DNA of 64,000 nucleotides. It comes from Phoronis australis. Taxonomy: Eukaryota > Animalia > Phoronida. Made by a program: the position numbers and the translations under genes. The notes below the pieces were generated by a model that was not told where the DNA came from, ran no database searches, and was given only the letters and a program-made list of their open reading frames with translations. How positions within the stretch are numbered: the stretch's first letter is position 1; every line of letters starts with the position of its first letter. The stretch is from the NCBI GenBank assembly GCA_002633005.1, contig NMRA01000611.1, positions 94,674 to 158,673 of the forward strand, written 5' to 3'. Below are positions 11,888-36,882 of this stretch, in pieces.

Positions 11888-13027
11888 TGACGTCATCGAA
11901 CGTGAAAATAGAATACTTAAATGAGCATGAGCAACAATCGCATGTTCAACAAAGGGCATTGTACCGACATTTATACGCTATGAAAAATAAGATGCAAAAT
12001 TTCCATGAAAACGATATTTTAATTCAGTGAAATTTTTCTCTCACGTTCTCTCAATTGTAAATCACCGATCTCCATTTTGAATGCGGATATCGTGTCGTCA
12101 GGATCCTTTGGCTTGAGCATTATACTCAGTTGCCAGTGGTAACCTACTTTAGCAGATATTTTCCCGGTCGAAGCTTGGTGTGATAAAATGTGTAGTAAGC
12201 TATAATAGTTACTAAACCTTAATTTATAGATTTATTCTATTTCTATTTTGTTTAAATTATCAATTGGTTTTGTGTAAAAGCATTATTTGACAAAAATAGC
12301 TTGGCTTTCCTTAAAAGGTCACGACTTCCGACCCCGGGCCTCTGACATAGAAAGGTAGATCGATTCATTGCAATGTTTCTCATTCAGTATGTGGTATAAA
12401 TAGATTATTACCTGTTCTCGGTCGTTATCCCCCTTTTCTAGAGCCCTCATGGATTTTGGAGAATTTTCGCTCGTAGAGCCCGAGTGGATTTTTTTGCATT
12501 AGCCCCGAGGGTGATAATTCTATAAAATCCACGAGGGCTCTAGATAAGGGGGATAAACTACTTTCTATGTCAGAGGCCCGGGGTCGGGACCTTTTCAGAA
12601 AAGCCAAGCTATTTTTGTCAAATAATGCTTTTACTCAAAACCAATTGAAAAATAAAACAAAATAGAAATAATGTGAATCTCTAATAAAGGTTTAGCAACT
12701 ATTATAGCTTACTACACATTTTATCACGCCAAGCTTCGACCGGGAAAATATCGTCTGCTAAAGTAGGTTACCACTAGTACCGGTAACTGACCATAATGCT
12801 CAAGTCAAAGGAACCCAACGACACGACACCCGCATTCAAATTGGAGATCGGTGATTTACAAGTGAGAGAACATGAGAGAAAAATTTCACTGAATTAAAAT
12901 ATCGTTTTTATGGAAATTTTGCGTCTTATTTTTCATAGCGTATAATGTCAGTGCAATGCCCCTTGCTGAACATGCGATTGTTGCGCGTGCTCGTTTAAGT
13001 ATTCTATTTTCACATTCAATGACGTCA

Positions 13028-13101
13028 GCCGCCGAGTGGTGTAGTTGTAAAGTCAGCGACTCGAAACTCTTGAGGCCCAGGTTCGAATCCGGCCATGGTT
13101 T
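13028..13101 (+). other. tRNA-derived Pol III-type head (A box TGGTGTAGTTGTAA, B box GGTTCGAATCC) in the right arm; not a canonical tRNA
   Basis: A/B box spacing is tRNA-like and there is a CTCGAAA loop, but the anticodon and D stems pair poorly. Confidence 0.65.
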
Positions 13102-13825
13102 CCTGCCAAAATGTTATCTCACTAGTGAGATAACTAAATGGGTTATTACACGGTTGTATCTGCCATTCGAGCCTGATATTGTGGTATAACAATGGTTATT
13201 TTGTGGAACTGTGAGCTGCCACATGATATACCGCAACACGAGAGGGTTTCAACAATATGTGCAGTGCAGTAAAACTGGACATTGCTGCAAATGTCATAGT
13301 GCAGCCTTGTCGGGCATGCATTTGTAAAATAAGCTATTTTTAAAAATATCGTCCGCAATGTCAGTTTTAATCTTATTGTGGATTCGCTTTATCAGAAAAT
13401 TACAAGAAACTTCAGATTATGAAGATTTGCTAGCCTTTCTTACGAAGTATGACGTTAGGTTCTCGCTGGTGAAAATATTTGAGTTTGAAAGAATACATTC
13501 TAAGCCGAGGTTGGAACTTAGTTCTCAGAATGGAATTTAGTTTTGGCATTTTCCATTCTACTTTTGTACCATTTGTAGATATCTGACCAAATACAGGGGA
13601 GAGTTCAGTAGCTGTCCTGCGACTAGAAACAAAAACCAAATCAGAGGAGTTCTCGTTTAAAATACTTGACAATATCTCACATAATCTCGCGAAGTCTTGT
13701 TTATCAGCAAGGTCCTAGCATTACTGACTTGCTGGTAAGGTTGCTCAAAAATTACTGTTCTAATATACAGTGGGATTGCTATATTGGGTAATAGGCGTCA
13801 TAAATGAATACTTTTAATCATATAC

Positions 13826-13831
13826 TTTATT
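13826..13831 (-). promoter_or_regulatory. Candidate SMAD4 polyadenylation signal (AATAAA), implying a ~4.3 kb 3' UTR
   Basis: TTTATT on the + strand at the end of a long stretch (13830-18130) whose minus strand is U/G-rich and UTR-like; inference only. Confidence 0.4.
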
Positions 13832-16800
13832 TCAGTTGAAATGAATAATACATGTACATGGCAAAAATGCAGTCAATCTAACTGAAATTAAAATATTGTT
13901 TATAATACAAAAACAGCATTCCATTTAATATTTGCAGTCTCCAATTTTGTTAAAATCATGCATGTTGACTAGATTCGGGGATATTCATCCAACTTGGGAG
14001 GCTAATCTCAATTTCAGGTAACAACCAGAACAAAACCACTAACATCTATCAAGTAATACATTGACAATGCTCACCCGAAAAACAGAATTTTAGCTAATCA
14101 ATTAAAATGTACATCCCTTAAGGCCCAAAACACAAGCCTGCAAAAGCAATTGATTTAGTTTAAACGCTGGTACCCAAGGATCTAATCTCGGTACTCAAAA
14201 CTCCAACTCGTACATTGACCAATTGCATAACTAGCTTCCTTATCAAGTCCGGAGATAAGACCCTGGGCAGAAAAAAGGACTCGGCGTTCACAGCCTTTGC
14301 ACTATTCAAACAAAATTCAGAAGCAGACTCGTTTAAACTTGGTTGAAATCGTAGAAAACGAGGACATGGTAAGGCCAGGAGCTATGTCCTATTAGATTAA
14401 AAATTTCATAAAACTTAGTGGAACACCCATCAGTTATTCAGCCTTGTTTGCAAAGGTTCACGAACAGATTACTACATATTTGAATGATTTTCAGGTAAGT
14501 TGCATGTAAACTCGATTCTGCTACCAAAAAAGTACAAGTGTAAATATGCCAATGTATAAAGCAGACCTTTCAAAAAGTACAGTGCAAAAAGTTCATACAA
14601 CACAGTACACAGAAAAATCAGGCTGAATTATTCTCGGAAAGATTCGTTAATATATTAAAGGAGTGGACAACAGGATAACATAAGCCACAGTCGAGTCTCA
14701 AAGTAAGCCAAGCCACTGAAACTGCTCCAATTTTTTTCTAAGAAAATCAAGGCCAAGGTAGCGTTCAGTAACACTAGGACCTTGCTATAATCTAGCCTAA
14801 ATCATGTTCTCATTTAAAATGCACGGTTTGTAACGCGTAATCTCGCAGTCTTGCTTTTTAGCGAGGTCCTAGCATTACTGAAATCTACTCCGTCTTTTCT
14901 ATCCACCACAAATTCCATCATGTACACTTGGTGCCAACTTTCATGAGGATGATTGACGGACATGTCGAACATTCGGAAGAGCAAATTCGCAGAAAGTTGT
15001 TTAATTAACAATGACCTCGATAAGTGATTATGAAACTCGCCAGACCAAGTTGATACTTGCAAAATAATTTCATTAAAGCGGCATGGAATGCGAAAGCTCG
15101 TCAAAATATTTTTTATTATACAGTTCCTGACAAAAGAACCATCTTGCAATGCCAAGTACAGAGTAATTCACTTTACCCTCTGAGGATATTTCCAGAGAAA
15201 AACCACAAAATTCATGGTTTGTGAAATACACAAGAAGGAAAAACTGTGGTTATCACAGTTTCTGATAAGTGCACTCATGCGCTCAGTCAGTTGCTTGAGC
15301 TCAAAGGTCACATTTTCCATATAAGGGAAATGTGCTATGTCTATGTTTTGCCACACCCAATAAGGAGACGTACTTTGCCTTGTGGGAGAAAAAACGATAT
15401 GGCGAGCAGCTGACAGATCGTTTTTTTTTGAAATTTCAAACTAAAAGGAAATGCTTTGATATAAACAGAAATTAAGTCTTGTAGAACAAACCCTAAAAAT
15501 ACCTGGTGAGCAGCTTGAATTCTGTTTCAGTGGCAGGACTCCACTTTCAATATTGCAACTAGGTCTCTTTAATGCGTTCCAGGCCTCTTTAAGATGAAGT
15601 TTCCCCATGAAAGTTTTTCAGAATTTTCAACACAACTTTCACTTCTTATTCAGTTAAGTATTCTCATTTGTATGGAATTCACGAACGCAGCCAACAGCTT
15701 TTAGGGAAAAGACCACTTTTCTGTACTTGAGATTAAGCATAGTTTAAAAACCAATTTCTTCAGACATGCGGACAAGCAGCATATTGGAGATTTATCTGTC
15801 CTAAGTGTGCGACCATGTACCTGCAGCTGCATTCTGGCCAGGCACCCACAATTAACTTCATCGGTTAAAAGAAGCAAACACATTTGCCCATTTACGTGAT
15901 CACTAGACCCCAAAAGTAGTAGACAACTGTTTCCACACCGTGACAGTCTTTCCAGCTACTCTGTCAATTCCGTTTGCAATCGGTCGTGGTGTCGAGAATT
16001 CTGCTTGCCCTTGGCCATCATGACGGGAAACTCTGGGTCATTCTGTCCCATTACGTTTGGCGTGTTATGAAGAAAGCAGCAGAAAAAGACGTGACAGACT
16101 GTTGATCATAAGGCATAAAATTCACAAAACTACACCGGGACAGACAGACAGACAGACACACGACTAAACAGACATGACCACATGGTTCAAAATATGTACA
16201 CATCAACGGATATATATCATCCTACAATACACGTTTGACAAAACGTTGAAAAACCATCTGAGTCCTGACAGTTTTACCAGACACGGCATCTCTCACAAAC
16301 TGATATAATTCGAAGTAAGTAAAATTTAATGTTTTAACTTTCAAAAGTCAATTGGCAATCCTAAAAGCTTAATACAAAACATGTATTAAACAGGCATATA
16401 ACTTTTACACACACATTCATCGAGCACAATCCTAAGATCTAATTGTTCATTTCGTTCATTCAGAAGACTGGAAATAAGTAGCAGCTGAACATAAACATCA
16501 GACCTATCTATAAATGTTCATCTAGCTACAAAACACAAGACTTGCAACTATATCTTTTCATTGTGTAACCCTAAATGGCAAATCCTACCGTCAAAAGCAT
16601 TGAATGTAGAGATAGTCAAAGTCAAAGTTACCATAAATCTGGTTTATCTAAAAAACGAAAAATAGTCAATTAGACCACTTGTCTTTAGAAAATGGTCTCG
16701 ACATGTTCGTTACTGAAATTAGAGGGTGATTTACGGGACAGGAAAGACCAGACAATTGGAAACTGCCTGAGAACAGGTTCAACAAGCTGGCTCGTCACGA

Positions 16801-18138
16801 CGGCCATTTTAGACACAGAGTAAGGTCTCGACCAGTGTCACTTCTTTTCAAGCTCATAAACCCCTTCTAATCTGTAAAAAGAACAAGTTTGAGACAACAG
16901 GTATTAGTCTAAATCAGAAGTTCATTTCTTTGATGGGACGCGGATTTATAGCATCTTTGAGTGAAGTAGTAATGCATTATCTCACAAAGTGGTTCATCTG
17001 GTCACAATTGGTCCAGGAGGAACTCCCGTTCTCTGTGTATACGGGTACAATGTAGCCACATTCAAAGTTCAGTTAAAATACATATTAAAGTGCATTTCTG
17101 ACCAAATGACCTGTGCTTAAGAACACAATACAGAGGGGTATAATTTTCTAGAACACCACATGATACAGTCATAATTTGTTTGACAAAAACGGAAGGAACG
17201 CAATTTTTCATCTGCACCCTCCCTCCTTAACTGAAATTGGATCGAGTACCCACCCCTTAAACAGAACTGCACACAAGATAACATCACGCAGTGTCTATGA
17301 ACACTTTCAAATATATGTAAACGGTTAACGATACTACTTGCAGGGTACAAAATGCTAAAAATAACACAGGAGAATATAATTGAACAACTTTTACACTATC
17401 AGCCTATTCGCAACTGCACAGACTTCGAGTTTGGCAGGACTATTTATTCCAAAACAGAATTTCCTGAGAACTTTTAAAAACAGTTTTCATTGGATACAAA
17501 CACACAAGGATTCTTAGAGACTTTGCAAACAGAGCCCCCTTTAGAATACACAGAGCTTATCTACGGTTATTACTAAAAGCATAAAACAAGTTTGCTTCAA
17601 AAGAAGGTGTTAAAAACCTCCAAAATAAGCACAATGTCACATACAGGCAGCATGTTAACGGGTGAACCAACAAGTTGCATAAAAACAAAATGACGAGCAA
17701 TGACATGCCAACCGCGACACATTGCATTACCCTGGCCTAGCAAAACCTCTGCAATTCTTCCAAAACACTCTCCATTCCAAGTCACCCATGTGACTCCACT
17801 TATGAACTATACTCATTTCCTGCCGCTTTGTAGTTAAAAATTGTTCGTGTCTCCAAGACATGTGGTTTAATATAGCTGACCAGTAGCATCCTCCTTACCA
17901 ACTCCGGGCTGGGGAAATCTGCGATGAAAGTTTGCACCTCCACAACATGCAGGTACATAAACATAAAATCATCTCCACTACTTTCCCTCTCCCAACAGCT
18001 TTGGGTGAATGTGTCGTCACGGAGCACTTCCTTGTCACATTTCCACAGTAAAGACTTCCAAATCCATGTCACCCTCTGCTCACTGAACTATTCACCCCTC
18101 CTTGGCAATGACAATGTCCAACTAGACAACGCTGCACC

Positions 18139-18368
18139 TCACGCCAGCAAGAACGGTCCCCTCTGTGGCCTGTTCTCGTGCAGCGGCATCGCTTGCAACA
18201 CCTCGTCTAGAAGCTGCAGGGGTCGGTGCAGGTGCACTTCCACCCAGCAGGGTGTCTCCTTGATGCTGTGCCGTGGGTAATCGGGCCCCCAGCCTTTGAC
18301 GAAACTCAATCGAAGGATGCACAGACGTCTCAGGTCATCCACTCCAATACCTGCTGCTGCTGACAAGC
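18139..18368 (-). other. SMAD4: Second copy of the SMAD4 last exon, inside a 632-bp duplication (17866-18497 / 18499-19130) split by an N; probable allelic assembly artefact
   Basis: Coding sequence is identical; about 7 substitutions seen only in flanking non-coding DNA; the junction is exactly the N at 18498. Confidence 0.85.
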
Positions 18369-18771
18369 CTGGAAATTAGAAATGAAGAATATTAATTATC
18401 GCATATACAGTGACCTAGCTTTTAAAAGGGGTCACCTTCTCCAGCATTTTTGTTGTATTCAGGCGTCACTTAAAAGATTTCAATCAGTTCACACGCANTT
18501 TAACATAGCTGACCAGTAACATCCTCCTTACCAACTCCGGGCTGGGGAAATCTGCGATGAAAGTTTGCACCTCCACAACATGCAGGTACATAAACATAAA
18601 ATCATCTCCACTACTTTCTCTCTCCCAACAGCTTTGGGTGAATGTGTCGTCACGGAGCACTTCCTTGTCACATTTCCACAGTAAAGACTTCCAAATCCAT
18701 GTCACCCCATGCTCACTGAACTATTCACCCCTCCTTGGCAATGACAATGTCCAACTAGACAACGCTGCACC

Positions 18772-30999
<12,228 letters not shown>

Positions 31000-33465
31000 T
31001 TAGTCTAAAAAGGATTGATGGTCTGGTCATCGCATCTCGAAATGAAGATGTGCTTTAACTGATACTCTGAAAAAAAATGTTTAACTTATTAGAATACTTA
31101 TCAGAGTTTAAATTTCCGAGATGAAGCAACCACGTAATTCCTGCATCCCCAAGTATGTATATGTTGCAAATGATAATCTCAAACACAATGCAGCATTCAA
31201 AATTGAAGCTACACAAGCAGCAGTTCAACAACATAACATTGACTGGTGACAAATCCTGAGCTAATGCTGAAAATTGCTTAAAGACGTTTAAGGACAATTA
31301 TTACACTGAAAACAAATATTTCAAACATAAAAATTTCTTAAAAGGACATTATCAGTTTTATTACCAAAAAAAAAATTTTTTTTTGATATTATTGTAGGAT
31401 GGGATAGGTATTTTGAAGTTAGTAGCTTCTGTGTTTTTTTGATTTTTATTATTTTTTTGATTTTTATTAACAATCACCAACTTGCCATTGTGTGCCAGCC
31501 ATTCAATGAAATCAAGGCCGGTGACTTTATCTTAAGTACATTTAAAGTACTCTGCCATTTATTGAATGGGGTTTAGCTCTACCAGCAGAGTTGGACTGTG
31601 AATACTGATGTAATATTGAATCCTCAGCTGATTCCAGAAAATCATTTTTCTCGACTAGAATGTCATTTTAATGTCTCATATTTCATGTTGTTATCTGAAA
31701 TTTCCATATGCCCATTAGAATTTTTAATGTTTATCAAGGTCTCGTCTCAAAATTTCTAGAAACATTACCTGAAGGTAGCTTAGGTATAAAGCTTAAAAAT
31801 GACGAAGGACTTCTTTGGTACTGCTTATCTTTTGTTCACTCATCTGGCATATTGTGTCCTACTAGTAAATGGTTAGATTATGACGTATCACAGTTCATTA
31901 TATTGGAAAGATGAAAAGGACAGAAGTGCTCATACCAAAGAGATTAAAAAGACGTTAAAATCAATACTGACAACCTGCCAACAAGGTCATCGTTCCTGAC
32001 CAAAATGTACGAGATCAATATGAACCTCATCAATTGAGGACACAAGCCAATAGGCAACTGAAATTTATTTCCTTCCATCATTTTTTTAAAAAGACAAATT
32101 CTATCAAATTAATATTCTAATTTTCAAAATATGTACCATAGCAATCACTGCACAATGAACATGTGTGTCGAACTAAAAAATCAAGTTGTGACATGATATC
32201 AATAATTTCATACTCATGACCAATGCCGTGACCTCGCCCTTCATTCTCGATGATAAGTTTTGTTTTAGACTGGAGAAGTTTTACTATAGATAAATGCACC
32301 AGTGATTCAACGTATTCCTAAAACTGAATTCTTTCAATTAGTGAATTTCAGCAAAATACCTCAAACAACAATTCAATCCCAAGGCATGTAATTAAATCAC
32401 TGAAAGTTAAATACTGGAAGGAAGGAATGTTTCAAACTAACACAAATTTACAATCTGATGAACTTTTAACCACAGCACAAACTGTTTATTGTTTTGAAAC
32501 AAAATAAACAAATGTCCAACTAAGACTTGAAAATATCAAAAACACTAAACCTTAAACATGGATTCATAGGCTAATTCCCAGATTAAAAACCCGATGAAGA
32601 CAGTACACCGCAACTCCACTGTTTAGCAAAGTATTAGCGAGATAGGAAAGTAACTCAGTTAAACCTGCATCGCAACTCCTCTCAACACAAATTGATCAAA
32701 CTTCGGAGTAGTGCAACTCCTCTGCAATGGGGAAAGATTAACTGCACTCCGATGTGAGTAGTTGGTTGAAGTCACAACATGCAACTTACCTATTCAACAG
32801 AGAGTGCGAATCAACTACACCATCTGGTGCTTAATCCTTAGAACTAGTGGTAAGTCCGATATTGTTACAGGACACAAGTTAGTGGGAAAGGTAAGGGAAG
32901 TTGTGATAGACTGGAGTCTTGCTAGAGGGAGAGCGACATTAGTTCTAAAGAGGCGTAGTTACATTGTATTCCATGAAAAAATCCTTCAAGTTATGTAGGG
33001 CCCTATCAACAAGTCTGCTACGTAGTCAAATATCTACAAAACAATAGACTTCTAATTACCTCAGTAAAAATATATATATTCTAATAGGAGAAATATTGTA
33101 GCATTTGATTTTCGAATTTGAAACAGTGTGTCATTACTGAGGTCACATCACGATGTCTTTTGGTAATATTTATCAAAAAAGAAAGGTACAATCAAACCAA
33201 AACAACATCATCAAACAATTTATTTGATACAAGTGTTCAAGACGAAATTTCAAAAATGCTATAACAGTTTTCTAAATTATCTGTGTTCTCTAAATGCAGC
33301 TTTTGCATTTTGAAAATCATAGAAGTCGTACTTTCGACTGCCCATGATGCAAAAATGGAACATTTTACAAACAACTCCTAACATATTGAAGAACGGAGCA
33401 TAAAACTGAGTGTGATCACCCATTTGTCAGATATGATGTTTAAGTCCCAGACATCAATTTTTGGC

Positions 33466-33840
33466 CCGGCGCAACTGACACGGAGCAAACTGACCTGTCT
33501 CAAGCGGCCATTTACACACACAACTCACTAACCTTGGCAAGACGGAAATTAAAGACTGGAGAGACTGCATCGCACATGCGCAGGTTTACAAATGACGAGA
33601 GTTGCAGAGACAAAGAACCCGTACGTAGGTCATTGCACAAGCGTAGTAGAGATGATCCTTTCCGCCTTGCTCCAGTTTCGTGCCCGGCGCAAGATTTTCG
33701 GGCGCAAATTGCTCTACCTCACAAACGGGTGGCAAAAATTTGTCACCGCGGTGTCAATTTGCTCCGTGTCAGTCCATTTACACACTGAACAACTTGTTCC
33801 GTGTCAGCTGATCCGTGTCAACTTAGTGTAAACGGCACTA
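33466..33840. mobile_element. PIF/Harbinger-like MITE fragment
   Basis: Inverted repeats ACTGACACGGAGCAAA / TTTGCTCCGTGTCAGT, repeated CCGTGTCA motifs and a terminus GTGTAAACGGCACTA. Confidence 0.55.
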
Positions 33841-34224
33841 AAGTTAGCCTACCAACTCCATTGAGTTTCTATGATAGTGTCAAAATTTCCAAGTGCAATG
33901 CTGGACAAAACCACTACTTATAGCATGTAAAAAGTTAGGATGTTAACTGGTATGTTGAGGTGATGAAAATGGTAATCAAAATAACCATAATCTCTAAGTA
34001 AATTCCACTAAAATTTTACAAATTTCAGACAAAACTAATTGCCCAAATTGCCCTTTTTCATTTTTCAAATTTAAGCTCCTAACACAGCCATGAAAACTCG
34101 CAATTTTTCAAAATATTGTCTTATTGTACCCATGGTGCAGAGATTTAGTGAAGCATTATTTTAGTGGTAATTGCTGTTTAAAGTGGCTTTTACCACATTC
34201 CGTTAAAAAAGTGAAGTTTTCATT

Positions 34225-34475
34225 TAGGCCACTTACCGCTATAAAATTGGTCTCAACTCGCTGTTTGCTCAGACGAGAAGGGATTTCTGGGATAGCAAAA
34301 GACTAAAATTTGTTATTTGCTGAGACACACCGTGACAAGCCAACCTGTAGAGCCTGGTCTCAACCAACAACAATTTTTGTCAGTTCTTTGGAAGACCTGA
34401 AATCCTCTCCACTCTCACAGTGGAAATCAATTCGAGACCAATTTCAAAATGAGAGGAAATGGTCTAAATCAAAAT
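34225..34475. repeat. Dispersed palindromic MITE-like family; other copies at ~715-860 and ~57385-57560
   Basis: Shared AAATTGGTCTC...GATTTC.GGG...TTGAGAC and GACAAGCCAAC.TG.AG.GCCTGGTCTCAA blocks. Confidence 0.6.
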
Positions 34476-36630
34476 TCTTTTTTGCGATGGATGGAAAGTT
34501 TCAAGCCCCTTTTAAAAATAATATAAGAAAAAATCATTTTCACTTGTCTGCCATATTTTTCCTGAATTGGCGAAAATTTTCAATGTATCTTGGAAAATAA
34601 TGCCTGAAAATGTACCGTTTCCAAATGGCATCCAACGACAACTGCATGACAGTTATTATTCAGCTGGTTTATCCTCAATTGGACAAGATGGTGGGATAAC
34701 ACAGTCCAATGTGTGAACAATGTGGGGTGACCTTTGAAATGTTTTCACATTAAAGTCTTCTCTCCCAGGATTCTGAGAGAATTGTCAGCTGCTCAGTGAA
34801 TTCAAAACAATGTGAATTTCAAACACTCTGACTCATACTGACATTCAACTGTTGCCACAAATTAATCAACTTGAAAATGAAAGCTGACACAAAATTTCCA
34901 AGAATCACAAGAATAGCTTAAAACAAACCAACCTATTTATAGACACAGGCTAAGCCACAAAGTTTAAATCCAACTCAGAGAACTCTGAACACCATTTTTT
35001 TTGATAAAAACAACCCTAACAAGCAATGATCAGTCATGACACCCCCAATAATCACTGTCAGATGATTTGTTAATTAAGCATTACAATGTGCATAGCATGT
35101 GTCAGTGACATAAAAAGGATATCAGCCAATCACACGGCACCAATAACATAGGTGAATAAGGTTTATGGCACACATTGTCAAAACCAGTTGGAGAAATTAA
35201 AATTGCCCCCCCCCCCTGTTCTGATGTTGAATGCTGCTTGCAGTAGCCTTCATGATGGGATATTCCATAAACACTCAGTAGCCATGACAGGAAATTTTTT
35301 GTGGGTGTGCTGTGAATTTACATTGAAAACGAGACCTAGATTTTTCCATTTGTAGTAGAGCTATCCAAATCATAATTGACATGCAGTGTCATTCAAGAAG
35401 GTTCAAGGAAGGTGACATTGAGGCTACGTACCAGAACAAAGGTGGTCACTGTAGATATCGCTAAGTAATACAAGTCAGGAAAAAATAATGTTAACCATAC
35501 TTGACAACAACTCTAGTGCAATCATTGGTTTTAAAAAGTTATACAAGCAGCAAAAACAGTCCAGGTACACTGACAACTAAAACATGAAAACTATCTCCTG
35601 AAGGGACCCCCATTATCTATGAGAAGGTCAAGCTGTTAGAACTGTATTCATTAGTTTATATACATTTTTCATCTATAACGTCATAATGTGAAAAGGCAGA
35701 GAGTGTAGTGATAATGCCAAGAAGTATCAACAAATAACAGTAAGTTCAGGAATCACAGTTGCCATGTTTTGTTTTTAACACAGTGCAAGGTCAAAGGTCA
35801 AGACCCAAGCGGAAGCTGGTTTTGATGAGATAGGGTCAATGACATTTTTAGTGCTGAATTGTGAATTAGCACTTTTGATATATTTTTTATTCCTTCAGTA
35901 AATAAAACAGTTAGTCCTTGGCGATAAAAAGGAATAATCATACTGAACGAGTCCACGTAAATTTGTTGAAATACAACTTTACTATTGGCATACATGATCA
36001 AACAAGAGTTTTTTACAATGCGCAGTTTGATTTTGCCATGACGAGTTTAGCTGACTTGCTCAAGTGAAATGTTGGGAGGTTTGTCATTTCTTAAGCCTAC
36101 TGCGAAATTTTCAACTTTTGGTAATAGTTCAACATATCTTCCTACGCTTAACACACACACTCCCCACGACGTGGATTTTCAAACAAATGAATGAATATTT
36201 GAATCTAGGGAAGTTCAAATTACGAGGTGGACTGTACCAAAAAAATACTTGAACAACATGACTTATGACACACTGACTAAACTTCAAAATATTTTACTGA
36301 TTTACAAGATTCTCAGATCCATTTTACTAAGGAATCGGCATGACATCATTTATGAATCTTGACGACACAACCTCTGACCTTTTGAACTGCTGAAGAATAG
36401 GACACAAAGTGAAGACGCAACAATACATTCTTGGTGCACTTAACTGTACTTTGAAAGGAGGGTCAAGTTGACTGGTGTTCGAAATGACCGATTCAATTAT
36501 CTGGTTATGAGGTTACGAATACCTTCTGCTGACGAGTTAGGAAAGCTGCATAGGTGACAAGAAATGTTCAGTTGCACTTAAACATCGTCTACGGGTAGAA
36601 CACATTTGCAAAGCGTCGACTTCGGAAGAA

Positions 36631-36882
36631 CTGGGGCCTGTTCCAAGAAACTGACTTAGTTCATTTTTGACTTCAGTTTAAGATTTGTCTTAACTTCCAA
36701 ACTTTGAAACCTCCACAGTCGGCAAGTTAATCAAAATTAAGATAAAACTTATGTCAAATGCTTAAGTCAAACTTAAGATCTTTTTCTTGAATCGTTTTTG
36801 AGACAAATTTAACTTTTATTTTAAAATTTACTAAAATTTAAGATTGTCTTAGCTAAGTCAGTTTTGTTGGAACGGGTCCCAG
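36631..36882. mobile_element. ~250-bp MITE (Harbinger-type termini)
   Basis: TIRs CTGGGGCCTGTTCCAAGAAACTGACTTAG / CTAAGTCAGTTTTGTTGGAACGGGTCCCAG, with internal TTAAG(A/T) repeats. Confidence 0.75.

Larger units (their letters stand above)
11721..13198. mobile_element. Fold-back composite repeat: two ~640-bp inverted arms (about 11721-12358 and 12558-13198) around a central hairpin (12424-12557)
   Basis: The arms are diverged reverse complements along their whole length. The terminal motif CTATTTATACCACA recurs inverted at ~12390-12403. Confidence 0.85.

Noticed and set aside
13028-13101. Functional tRNA-Ser(CGA) or tRNA-Arg(TCG) gene
   Set aside because: The anticodon and D stems pair poorly, there is no long variable arm for Ser, and the two copies differ at stem positions and lie inside a repeat.
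18139-18368. SMAD4 paralogue or true exon duplication
   Set aside because: The CDS is identical and the breakpoint is exactly at an N; allelic overlap is more parsimonious.
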